Assembly: GCA_963662265.2 (NCBI GenBank)
Contig: CAXXHA010000006.1
Coordinates: forward strand, 1 to 36,616
DNA from: Spirochaetia bacterium
GTDB lineage: Bacteria > Spirochaetota > Spirochaetia > CADAEX01
Reading direction: 5' to 3'
DNA length: 36,616 nucleotides
Below, piece after piece: positions 1-10,000 of this stretch. The first letter of the stretch is position 1; each line of letters opens with the position of its first letter. The notes under the pieces are model-generated. The model was not told the DNA's origin, made no database searches, and saw only the letters and a list, made by a program, of their open reading frames with translations. The translations under genes and the position numbers were made by a program.

Positions 1-216
1 CTTGACTACCAGCTGGCTGAAAAATTTGAATCATCAATACCATCAATACAGGGCGTAAGACGTCTTTACAACCTGGCAATTAAAATTCTGGAGCTTGAAG
101 GTAAAAAGAAAACAAAACCAGCACTTTTAAAACTAATGCTTATTAATGAAAAGGCACTCAGAAATCAGTACAGGGAACTCGGCGGCGGAAAGAAAAGAAA
201 AGCAGGGAAAAAATAA
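1..216 (+). CDS. 3' end of an unknown protein (partial, ...LDYQLAEKFESS...GGGKKRKAGKK*)
   Basis: Frame +1 is open from base 1 to TAA at 214-216 (71 codons) with protein-like composition; the start lies outside the window. Confidence 0.6.
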   Translation, partial: LDYQLAEKFESSIPSIQGVRRLYNLAIKILELEGKKKTKPALLKLMLINEKALRNQYRELGGGKKRKAGKK

Positions 217-509
217 CAGACCTGGCCCATATTTACATCCCCCCTTTTATTCTGAATCAGTTATATACTACCTGATTTATTAACAATTCAGACACTTATA
301 CTCAAGTGTAAATAAAATCTAGTTGTCTCATCAGTTTCTATTGATTATCTTTATAAAAACCGGAATTCGTATCAAAATATATTTTTCGGAAAAAACTGCT
401 GTATAAATGCAGTCAGAGATTTTTAAGATCTATTGAAGCATGTTTCCGGGAAATATTCAGGTATTACTGATCCGGTTACGGTTCAATAAAAACAATTCAG
501 GAGAAACTG

Positions 510-1220
510 ATGGAACAATCCTATATTATCAATACAGTTATCAGGAATAAAATTATTCCTGCCATGGAAAAATCCTTTAAAGAAAATATTGCTTCTGTAA
601 TTCTTTACGGAAGTGTGGCAAGGGGGAAAAGCAGCAGCAAATCAGATATCAATCTGCTTTTGCTGCTCAGAGAAAACAGGCCTGGTTCAATCATTGATTT
701 CGGTAAATCTGCTGCAGGTCTGATAAAAAAATACAGAATAACCCCTCTTATAATGACTGAGAAGGAATTCTTCTCATCAGCTGACGTGTTTCCAATGGAA
801 TACAATGATATCAGAGACAGTTATATACTGATAACAGGAGAAGATCCTGTTCCGGAACTTATCCTTACTGACAAAAACCTTCGGCACCAGACAGAGTCTG
901 CGCTTCGGGGGATAATAAACCAGATCAGGCAGTTTATAACAGCTTCAGGCGGAAATAAAAAATACATAGCCCTGGCTTTAAACAGAATGTCAGGAAGCAT
1001 TGAATCCGTTCTCAGGGGCTCTCTGAGGCTTAAAAAAACAGAAGTCAAGGAACTTTCCAGAAAAGAGATTATACAGAAGACAGCTGAACTTTATAATCTT
1101 GATGAAAACTCAGGATTAAAACTGATTGATACTGAAAAAAACAAAGCTGCTGAAAATCTTTCCGATTTACTTTCCTTCCTGATATCTCTTACTGAAAAAA
1201 TAGATGAAATGGATTTCTGA
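510..1220 (+). CDS. Pol-beta-type nucleotidyltransferase-domain protein with a helical C-terminal region
   Basis: SVILYGSVARG...SDINLLLL matches the hG[GS]x9-13DhD motif except that the second Asp is Asn; AGGAG SD upstream. Confidence 0.8.
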   Translation: MEQSYIINTVIRNKIIPAMEKSFKENIASVILYGSVARGKSSSKSDINLLLLLRENRPGSIIDFGKSAAGLIKKYRITPLIMTEKEFFSSADVFPMEYNDIRDSYILITGEDPVPELILTDKNLRHQTESALRGIINQIRQFITASGGNKKYIALALNRMSGSIESVLRGSLRLKKTEVKELSRKEIIQKTAELYNLDENSGLKLIDTEKNKAAENLSDLLSFLISLTEKIDEMDF

Positions 1221-1222
1221 TT

Positions 1223-1990
1223 ATGAATAGAATATCAATAAAAAAAATACTTCTGACAGGCTTATTTCTTATAACTGCGCTATCAGCTTATACATTGCCT
1301 AAACCCAAAGGTTATGTGTCAGATTATGCCGGAATAATAGACAGAAAAGATTCCGAACTTATTTCATCTGTTGCCAGAACTGTAGAAGAAAAAACAGGGG
1401 CAGAAATTGCGGTTCTGACTGTTAACTCAATTTCGCCCTACAGCTCTATTGAAGAATATGCTGTTGAAACAGCAGCTGAATGGGGAATCGGAAAAAAGGG
1501 TAAAGACAACGGTATTCTCATAGTCCTGAGCAAAGGTGACAGAAGAGTAAGAATTGAAGTAGGCTACGGTCTTGAAGGTGCTATACCTGACGGGATGGCT
1601 GGAGAAATACTTGATTCATATATGATGCCTTTGCTGAGAAACGGAGATTACAGCGGGGGGTTGAAAAACGGAGTTCTTGCTGTGGCATCAGCTGTAGCTG
1701 ATGAATATAAAGTGAAAATAGATGAATCAGCGCTTAAGCAGATAAAACCGCCCTCATCCTATTCAAGACGCCCGGTACGAAGAGGAATATCGCTTTTTGA
1801 TATAATAATATTCCTTTTTATTTTTATGGGCGGAGGAAGGTTTTTCTTACCGCTTTTTCTTCTGTCCGGTTTCGGAAGAAGGGGCCACTACGGCGGCGGT
1901 TTCGGCAGCGGCAGCGGATTCTCCGGCGGCGGTTTCTCCGGTTTCGGAGGGGGCGGCTTCGGAGGAGGAGGCGCATCACGGGGTTTCTGA
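1223..1990 (+). CDS. TPM-domain (YgcG-like) membrane protein with a Gly-rich tail
   Basis: Signal peptide; YVSDYAGII, WGIGKKGKDNGILI and RIEVGYGLEG motifs; C-terminal TM segment and GGFSGFGGGGFGGGGASRGF tail. Confidence 0.92.
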   Translation: MNRISIKKILLTGLFLITALSAYTLPKPKGYVSDYAGIIDRKDSELISSVARTVEEKTGAEIAVLTVNSISPYSSIEEYAVETAAEWGIGKKGKDNGILIVLSKGDRRVRIEVGYGLEGAIPDGMAGEILDSYMMPLLRNGDYSGGLKNGVLAVASAVADEYKVKIDESALKQIKPPSSYSRRPVRRGISLFDIIIFLFIFMGGGRFFLPLFLLSGFGRRGHYGGGFGSGSGFSGGGFSGFGGGGFGGGGASRGF

Positions 1991-2112
1991 CAGATTCAAA
2001 GCTGCAGAGATGTTAATTTAAACTGTATATTTACTGCCGTATCTGTTAAGAAAACGGCAGCAAAATTAATTTTTATAAGAGAATCTTAAAAAACTATCCA
2101 GGAGATAAACAA

Positions 2113-2692
2113 ATGGGAAAAAAACAAACTGCTTTTTATAATTATACCACTTGCAGTTATTCTGATAGCAGCAGGATCATTCTTTTCATGGTATGTAGGA
2201 ACAAGAAATACATTCATCGCTGCAGATGAAAATATTGAGGCAACATGGGCTGAAGTCGATAACCAGCTCCAGAGAAGAAGTGATCTTATCCCCAACATTG
2301 TTGCAACAGTCAAAGGGTTTGCATCGCATGAAAAAGAGGTTTTCACAAACATTGCAAATGCCAGATCAAAACTTGCAGGGGCTGCGTCAGTTGCAGAAAA
2401 AGCCGAAGGATACAATCAACTTCAGAGTGCTCTTTCAAGACTCCTTGTTGTTGTGGAGAATTATCCTCAGCTGAAATCTGACAGGAATTTCCTGAAGCTG
2501 CAGGATGAACTGGCAGGGACTGAAAACAGGCTGACAGTTGCAAGGAAGCGTTACAATGACCAGGTTAAGGTTTTCAATACAAAAATAAGGATGTTTCCTG
2601 GTTCAATTATTGCATCTTCCATGGGACTCGAAAAGAAGGATTATTTTGAAATTTCAGAAGCTGCCAAACAGGCTCCAAAAGTGGAGTTTTAA
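2113..2692 (+). CDS. lemA: LemA family protein, frameshifted (one extra A in the A7 run at 2118-2124); about 192 aa when corrected
   Basis: AGGAG at 2100-2104 precedes ATG 2113. The +1 frame reads KLLFIIIPLAVILIAAG...WAEVDNQLQRRSDLIPNIVATVKGFASHE...ENYPQLKS...LQDELAGTENR, typical of LemA. The ORF track reports only 2453-2692. Confidence 0.9.
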
Positions 2693-2703
2693 TGCTGCAG
2701 AAG

Positions 2704-2743
2704 AAATAAAAAATCCTGCTAGTTTAAGCAGGATTTTTTATTT
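2704..2743. terminator. Bidirectional intrinsic terminator between convergent lemA and dnaJ
   Basis: Perfect inverted repeat AAATAAAAAATCCTGCT-agttta-AGCAGGATTTTTTATTT, giving a U-tract on both strands. Confidence 0.88.
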
Positions 2744-2759
2744 ATTATCTGATCATTCT

Positions 2760-3890
2760 TTACCCGATCGATGAAAGCCTTACAGGTTTCGGATTTTCAC
2801 TGTTTTCCATGTTTACAGACAACTCTTCAAGCAGCTGTTTCTGTTTTGATGAAAGCCTTACAGGAACATCTACATGAATCTTCAGGTACATGTCTCCCCT
2901 CTTTTTAGGATTATGAAGATAGGGAACACCTTCACCCCTTAACCTCAGTACTTTTCCGTTCTGAGTACCGGACGTAATTTTAAGCTTGACCTTTTTTTCA
3001 TCAAGCGTATTCACATATATTGTTGTCCCGAGAGCTGCCTGAGTAAATGATATTGGAATCATGCAGTAAAGATCTTCACCGCTTCTTTCAAAATATTCAT
3101 GAGGCCTTACATTTATGAAGACATAAAGGTCTCCCGGCTCACCGCCATTGGGACCGGCATCTCCCTGCCCGGGGATACTGATCCTTTTTCCTGTCTCAAT
3201 ACCTGCAGGAATTGTTACCTTTATTTTCTGTTTCTTCCTGACAACACCGCTGCCTCCGCAGCCGGTACACGGTTTTTCAAGTATGAATCCTTCTCCGTGA
3301 CAGGTTGGGCAGGGAGAAGCAATTGAGAAAAACCCGGAATTCCGTCTTACCTGCCCTGCACCGCCGCAGGTAGAACAGGTCTGCCTTCCTGAACCGGGAG
3401 CAGCTCCTGTTCCCGAACATGTTGAGCAGGAGGAATTCTTATTGAATGCGATTTCAACTTTTGTGCCGAATACAGCATCTTTGAATGAAACATCCAGGTT
3501 ATATCTCAGGTCTGCGCCCCTCGGCACATGCCGGGATCCGCCGCGCCGGGTTCTTCCGCCGCCGCCCCCTCCGAAAAAGGAATCGAAAATACCTGAGAAA
3601 TCCCCGAAGATATCCTCGAAATCACGGAATACAGAGGAATAATCATGAGCGCCGCCGCCCATACCGTCAACACCGGCAAAGCCGAACTGGTCATATGCAG
3701 ACTTCTTGGAGTCATCACTCAGGACTTCATATGCCTCGGTTGCTTCCTTGAATTTATCCTCTGCTTCCTTGTTACCCGCATTTTTATCAGGATGATACTT
3801 TATAGCGAGTTTTCTATATGCTTTTTTAATCTCGTCCTTGGTAGCCTCTTTACCGACCCCAAGGACTTCATAGTAATCACGTTTACTCAA
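2760..3890 (-). CDS. dnaJ: Chaperone DnaJ
   Basis: J domain with HPD, G/F-rich linker and four CxxCxGxG repeats; TTG start. Confidence 0.98.
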   Translation of the reverse strand: MSKRDYYEVLGVGKEATKDEIKKAYRKLAIKYHPDKNAGNKEAEDKFKEATEAYEVLSDDSKKSAYDQFGFAGVDGMGGGAHDYSSVFRDFEDIFGDFSGIFDSFFGGGGGGRTRRGGSRHVPRGADLRYNLDVSFKDAVFGTKVEIAFNKNSSCSTCSGTGAAPGSGRQTCSTCGGAGQVRRNSGFFSIASPCPTCHGEGFILEKPCTGCGGSGVVRKKQKIKVTIPAGIETGKRISIPGQGDAGPNGGEPGDLYVFINVRPHEYFERSGEDLYCMIPISFTQAALGTTIYVNTLDEKKVKLKITSGTQNGKVLRLRGEGVPYLHNPKKRGDMYLKIHVDVPVRLSSKQKQLLEELSVNMENSENPKPVRLSSIG

Positions 3891-3908
3891 CTTTCAATAC
3901 CGCACAAA

Positions 3909-5861
3909 TTATTTTTTGTCATCATCGACAACTTCATAATCAGCATCTTCAACAGTTGAGTCATCATTCTGTGCTCCGCCATGCTGATCACCACCAGGTG
4001 CTGCACCGCCCTGAGGACCGGCTTCAGGACCCGCACCCTGTGCGCCAGAAGCATCCTGAGAAGCATTCTTATACATTTCTTCAGCAAGTTTATATGAAGC
4101 CTGTTTAAGAGCTTCAAGTTTAGCTTTGATATCTTCAATGTTATCAGTCTGCGAAGCTGTTTTAAGATCTGAAAGCGCTGCTTCAATTTTTACCTTGTCA
4201 TCAGCAGAGACTTTATCTCCGTATTCTTTGAGAGATTTTTCAGTTGAATAAATCATTGCATCAGCTTCATTCTTCACTTCAACTTTTTCTTTTTCCCTCT
4301 TATCTTCTTCAGCATGTGCTTCAGCTTCATGTACCATATTGTTTATTTCATCTTCAGAAAGCCCTGATGAAGATTCAATTCTTATTTTCTGCTCTTTGCC
4401 TGTTGCCATATCTTTTGCAGATACATGCACAATACCGTTGGCATCAATATCAAATGCAACTTCAATCTGTGGAACACCTCTTGGAGCTGCAGGAATACCT
4501 ACAAGGTCAAACTTGCCAAGTGTCCTGTTCTGAGAAGCCATTTCCCTTTCACCCTGCATAACATGGATAGAAACTGCTGTCTGGTTATCCGCAGCTGTAG
4601 AAAAAATCTGGCTCTTTTTTGTAGGAATAGTTGTGTTTCTTTCAATAAGCTTTGTAAATACTCCACCGAGAGTTTCAATACCGAGAGAAAGAGGTGTTAC
4701 ATCAAGAAGAAGAACATCTTTTACATCTCCGCCAAGGATTCCCCCCTGAATTGCCGCACCCATTGCAACAACCTCATCAGGATTTACACTCCTGTTGGGT
4801 TCCTTGTTGAAAATCTCTTTTACGATTGCCTGAACTGCAGGCATTCTGGTTGAACCGCCTACAAGGATTACTTCATCAATATCTGAAGCAGTTACACCTG
4901 CATCCCGGAGAGCCTTGATACATGGTTCTTTTGTTCTCTGAATAAGCTCATCAGCCATCTGTTCAAACTTAGCTCTTGTAAGATTATACTGAAGGTGCTT
5001 GGGTCCTGATGCATCTGCTGTAATAAACGGAAGGTTTATATCTGTAGACTGAGTACTGGAAAGCTCAATCTTTGCCTTCTCAGAAGCTTCTTTAAGTCTC
5101 TGAAGCGCCATTTTATCCTGTGAAAGATCAATACCTGTGTCTGTTTTGAATGTATCGATAAGCCATCTCATTACAAGCTGGTCAAAGTTGTCCCCTCCGA
5201 GGTGGGTATCACCGTTTGTTGATTTTACTTCAAAAACACCGTCACCGAGTTCAAGTATTGAAATATCAAATGTACCTCCACCGAGGTCATATACAGCTAT
5301 TTTTTCATCTTTCTGTTCTTTACCGAAACCATATGCAAGGGAAGCAGCTGTAGGTTCATTTACAATTCTCTTTACATCGAGTCCTGCAATTTTTCCGGCA
5401 TCCTTTGTAGCCTGTCTCTGTGAGTCGTTAAAATATGCAGGAACAGTAATAACTGCTTCAGTTACAGTTTCACCAAGATAGTCTTCAGCAGTTTTCTTCA
5501 TCTTCTGAAGTACAGCAGCTGATATTTCAGGAGCAGAATACTGCTTTCCTCTGATATTTACCCTGATATCCTTATTCGGAGCTTCTTCAATCTTATATGA
5601 TACCAGAGGAACTTCTCCCGAAATCTCGGTAAATCTGCTTCCCATAAATCTTTTAATAGAATAGACAGTATTTTCAGGGTTTGTAACTATCTGATTTTTT
5701 GCAGGCTGTCCTACAAGTCTTTCCCCTTTATCTGTAAAACCTACAATCGAAGGTGTAGTTCTCTGCCCTTCAGCATTCTGAATTACAACTGGTTCACCAC
5801 CTTCCATTACAGATACACATGAATTGGTTGTTCCAAGGTCAATTCCAATGACTCTTCCCAT
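3909..5861 (-). CDS. dnaK: Chaperone DnaK (Hsp70)
   Basis: [34 protein letters not shown] and LVGGSTRMP motifs; acidic C-terminal tail. Confidence 0.99.
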   Translation of the reverse strand: MGRVIGIDLGTTNSCVSVMEGGEPVVIQNAEGQRTTPSIVGFTDKGERLVGQPAKNQIVTNPENTVYSIKRFMGSRFTEISGEVPLVSYKIEEAPNKDIRVNIRGKQYSAPEISAAVLQKMKKTAEDYLGETVTEAVITVPAYFNDSQRQATKDAGKIAGLDVKRIVNEPTAASLAYGFGKEQKDEKIAVYDLGGGTFDISILELGDGVFEVKSTNGDTHLGGDNFDQLVMRWLIDTFKTDTGIDLSQDKMALQRLKEASEKAKIELSSTQSTDINLPFITADASGPKHLQYNLTRAKFEQMADELIQRTKEPCIKALRDAGVTASDIDEVILVGGSTRMPAVQAIVKEIFNKEPNRSVNPDEVVAMGAAIQGGILGGDVKDVLLLDVTPLSLGIETLGGVFTKLIERNTTIPTKKSQIFSTAADNQTAVSIHVMQGEREMASQNRTLGKFDLVGIPAAPRGVPQIEVAFDIDANGIVHVSAKDMATGKEQKIRIESSSGLSEDEINNMVHEAEAHAEEDKREKEKVEVKNEADAMIYSTEKSLKEYGDKVSADDKVKIEAALSDLKTASQTDNIEDIKAKLEALKQASYKLAEEMYKNASQDASGAQGAGPEAGPQGGAAPGGDQHGGAQNDDSTVEDADYEVVDDDKK

Positions 5862-6034
5862 CTTTTTTCTCCTAATAACTATTTGAAAGCACCTTTTACC
5901 GGTATTGTCAGATCAGAAAATCAAGCATCAGTTTCCATTACTCCGATAAATCACAATCAACCGCCCGGTGCTAATCCGGCAGGCCTTTTACTGATCTACC
6001 TCAAGTACAAAGCCTGCCCGTTAAATTTAATATT

Positions 6035-6673
6035 TTATTCCTGAACCTCAGGTTTTGTTTCTTCGTTACTGTTATCAGAATCTTCATTTTTTGAAGGCAT
6101 TGAAACTTTTACCTTGGCATGTCTGATAACTCTGTCATTGAGCTGATATCCTTTCTGAAAAACCTCGACAACCTGGGGTTCCTGGACTTCAGCTGATTCT
6201 TCCATCATGAATGCTTCATGCTTTTCCGGATCGAAATGTTCACCGGTTGCATCAAAACGTTTGAGTCCCCATTTCTTTTCAAGCATTGAGGCAAACTGCT
6301 TTTCAATCATTTCAACACCTTTAAGAAAGGTATCAAAATCTTTTGAATTCTCTGCAGAATTAATTGCTCTTTCAAAATCATCAATAATTGGAATCAGGTC
6401 GCCGAGAAGATTTGTGTTGGCAAACTTGATAGAATCCTCTTTTTCCTTGAACATTCTTTTTCTGAAATTTTCAAAATCAGCATGTTTCCTCAGGAATTTA
6501 TCTTTAAGTTCCGCGTTTTCTGTCTCAAGTTCCTTGATTTTTGATTCCATATTATTCCCGTTACTGCTTTCCTCAGTTTTTTTGTCTTCAGACTGTTTTT
6601 CTGCAGTTTCGTTTTCTATTTTTCCGGCTTCCTCTTTTTCCGGTTTTTCAGCTTCTGCTTCCTTTTTCTTCAC
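6035..6673 (-). CDS. grpE: Nucleotide exchange factor GrpE
   Basis: LRKHADFENFRKR, FDPEKHEA and QKGYQLNDRVIRHAKVKV motifs; GTG start with AGAGGA SD. Confidence 0.96.
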   Translation of the reverse strand: MKKKEAEAEKPEKEEAGKIENETAEKQSEDKKTEESSNGNNMESKIKELETENAELKDKFLRKHADFENFRKRMFKEKEDSIKFANTNLLGDLIPIIDDFERAINSAENSKDFDTFLKGVEMIEKQFASMLEKKWGLKRFDATGEHFDPEKHEAFMMEESAEVQEPQVVEVFQKGYQLNDRVIRHAKVKVSMPSKNEDSDNSNEETKPEVQE

Positions 6674-6965
6674 AGTATTGTGTCCTCTTAATCATGTGTT
6701 ACAATTGTTTTTTTTGGGAATGCTGTGTCCATTATTTCATGAACATCAGGATAAGCCGTTACTGACGGTAGGATAATGATAGCCGGCAATCCCGGATAAA
6801 TCAGCAATCCCTTCAGAAAAGAAAGCTTTCATACCCGGAAATCTTTACAGTAGCTTCTTTAAGCTCATTCCTAAACAATCGCAGGGTAAAAAACCTTTCG
6901 TTTTCTGCACTCACTTGCAGAAAAAACCTGTACCAGGTTTTATTCCACTCGTTTCGTTTAAGAAT

Positions 6966-6994
6966 AAAATACTAACGGAGAGAAAAAGGGTCAA
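6966..6994 (-). promoter_or_regulatory. Candidate sigma70 promoter upstream of grpE-dnaK-dnaJ
   Basis: Minus strand TTGACC-17 nt-TATTTT. Confidence 0.45.
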
Positions 6995-7033
6995 GTCTTT
7001 TAATTACTTACATCAGGAAGATTTAGATAATTT

Positions 7034-10000
7034 CTATTTATTAGGCATTATCTCGAGAATCAGCTCCACTTCTCCCCTGCTCAGCCCTGTTGCCTGGGCA
7101 ATATTATCAGGAGACCACCCCTGGTGGGCAAGCTTCACAACCATTTCTCTTTTATCAAGTGACGGGGCTCCGCCTTTACCGCTCTTCTTTCCTTTTTTAT
7201 CTTTCTCAAGAAGAGATCCGAGGAGTTTTATATTATCTTCCGCTTTTTTACCGGCATCTTCAAGTCTTGTCTCGGTCCTGGCAAGCCATTCACGTGCATT
7301 CTGGATCTTTTCCATCCTCTCTTCAACATCATCAACCATACTGCTCAGGTCTTTAAGTTTGTCAATGACAGTATCAGCTTCCCCTTTCTCGAGTCCTATC
7401 CGCTTAACACGGTTATCAATCTCGTTGAGACGCATCGGAAGAATTTCTACAGATTCAATAACCTCTTTCAGGACTTTTTCTATATCACTGAGAGTCTGAA
7501 AATTCCGGTCCACACCATCAGTAGTTGCCTCAAGAATACCCTCTTTCTTTTCCAGCCGTTCAAATTTTTCTGCTACTGTACCGAAAAGGTTGTCAAAGGA
7601 ACGGAGTTTCGCTTCATTTTCCTGAAGGTTATCATAGACACCGGTTATCTGGTCAAGTTTAATATCCACAGCCTGTGACATGTTGAGTAGTTTTTTAAAG
7701 TCGCCTTCCATATCATCAATCCGTCTCTTCTCAGAGAGGAATCTTGAAAGCTTTTTGGAAACTTCATCGCCTAGTTTTCTTATACTGTCAAATTTTCTCT
7801 CGGCAGCTTTGATATCCTTGCTCTGAGCATCAACTTTGATAATTTCCCCTTTAAGATCTTCAATCTTTTCCTGGAGGGAAAGTTTAAGGGAATCAGCTCT
7901 TTCAAAGATCTTTGTCTGGGTAATGAAATTCTTCTGTTTTTTATCTATTTCTTCCAGTGTAACATTTAATATTTTGGCACTTTCTGCAATCTTGCCAAGC
8001 AGCTTCTTCTCTGAAACCTCAGTTTTTTCCCTGACTTCCTGAACACCGGTTCTGAATTCCTTGATTTTATTGTCAATTTCCTGTTCAAGTTCCCTTGTCT
8101 TCTTCTGGAAATCAATCATAAATATACTGGAATCATTTTTAAGTTTTTCAATTGCAGTCCTTGATTTTTCATCAAGATCTTCACCGAGCCGTGTAATTTC
8201 CGCTCCAAGTTCTGCAAGGCGGTTCTGGAAACCTTCCCTGACAGCAAGCGAATCATTGACAAGCTCATTTTTCTGTTCTGAATATTCATTCTTGACAGTT
8301 TCAAGATATGCCATCAGTTCATTACGGATCTTGTTAACCTGATCTGAAAGATCTCCTTCTGTCTCTTTGAGGTTCTGTTCAACATTGGCATGCCAGATCT
8401 GCATGTCTGACCTGGTTGAATCAATATTATCGAGAAGATCTTTTTTATTGTTTTCAATTGTCTCGGTAAAAAGGTTAAGCCTTCCGTCCATGTCTTTTTC
8501 ATATTGCCTGAGTTTTTCATCAAGACCTGTATGGTATTCAGCAAATTCCTTGTTGAAACGGTTGCTGCTGGCTACCTTGATATCATCAATTTCCCTGTTT
8601 ACAGATTCAGCAAAATCCTTGATATTCCTGTCAGTTGTATCTATTCTCTCTACAACATCGCTGTTGAGAAGACTTATATTGCTTTCAGATTTCTGGAACT
8701 GTATCTTTGCCTTTTCATACAGATCTGATACCTGCTCCTTGAGATCCTCAATATATTTATTTTCAATCTCTTCCCTTACGCCCAGTTTTTCAACAGATAT
8801 CTTCTCAATACGATCCTCAACACCTGTCTGCCATTTTACAAGCTCTTTCTGCATGTTTTCGCTTCTGACCTTTATGTCAGCAAAAAAATCATCCTCAAAA
8901 ACCTGAAGCTTTTCTGTAACATTTTCATACGCTTTCTGCTTGAGTTCAGACAGCTTGTCTTCAAGCGCTCCAAGGGTATCCCTTATATCTGAGAAGTCAT
9001 TTTCAAGCTTTTCTTTCTGCTCATTTTTTTCAGCTTCCAGAGCAACCTCAAAAGACTTGAGATCATCCCTGAGCCTGTCGCTGACACTTCCAAGCATGAC
9101 TTTCAGATTTTCATCAAGCTTTTCAATATCATTTTCTATATTTTCAAGAGATTCCACTCTGTAAATAAGGTTCTTTTCATATTCAGAGACATTATCTTCA
9201 ACTCTTGACAGGGACCTGTTTTCAATAACCTCTGTTTTTTCAGTGAAGTCTGTTATCCTGGCCTTCATCTCATTCTCAAGTTTTTCACTGAACAGATCAG
9301 AAAACTGCTCCTTCTTTCTTTCGAGCAGAGAGACATCATTGTTGAATGCTTCAAAACGTTCGGAAACTGTGTCCTCAATACGGGTAACTTCTTTTTTCAG
9401 TTCATCAAGACGTCCATCTTTTACATCAAGAGAATTTTCAAAACTGTTAAGGTCATTGAAAAGCTCTTCATACCTGTTGAGAATCCTTTTTTCAATATCG
9501 CTGCATCTGGTAAGTGCCTCTTCTTTCACACCCTCTGCCTTGGCAGTTATTTCATCCTGCAGATGTGAGAAATGGGTATTTTCAAAATCCCTTGTTTTAT
9601 CTTCTATATGGCTAAAACGGTCCTTGAATATATTTTCAATTTCAAGGAGTGATTCCCTGAAATCAGCAACACGGGACTCAACATCCTCGGTAATTTTTGA
9701 AAGAAATCCCTCTTTAATTTCTGTTCTTTTGCCCTCGAGTTCTGAAAGCTGTTCAGCACTGTTGTCAATAAGGGCATGCACCTTGTCATCCAGTTCAAGA
9801 ATATCATTCCTGAGTGTCTGAAGTTCCCCGCTTTTGCCCCCGACCCTGTTTTCAAAATCAGAAACCTCGCTGTTTATCTTGTCATAATATTCCTTGATCC
9901 GTCCCTCAAGAAGGGCCAGGTTCCCGGTTATATCAGCATTGATATCATCCGCTCTTTCATCGATATGTGTTTTAAATTTACTGAGGACTTCTTCTGAAAT

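Noticed and set aside
217-509. Several small inverted repeats upstream of the NTase gene
   Set aside because: Only 5-6 bp AT-rich stems; no recognisable riboswitch, promoter or terminator.
1134-1142. G-A7-C run in the NTase gene as a fourth frameshift
   Set aside because: The current frame gives a sensible helical C-terminus ending 2 nt before the next ATG, while the +1 frame stops early.
5886-5974. CIRCE-like half-sites (TTAGCACC ... GGTGCTTT) before dnaK
   Set aside because: CIRCE needs a 9-nt spacer; these are about 73 nt apart and imperfect.
6690-6870. Small ORFs (7-28 aa) upstream of grpE as leader peptides
   Set aside because: No good SD or suggestive codon bias; expected by chance.
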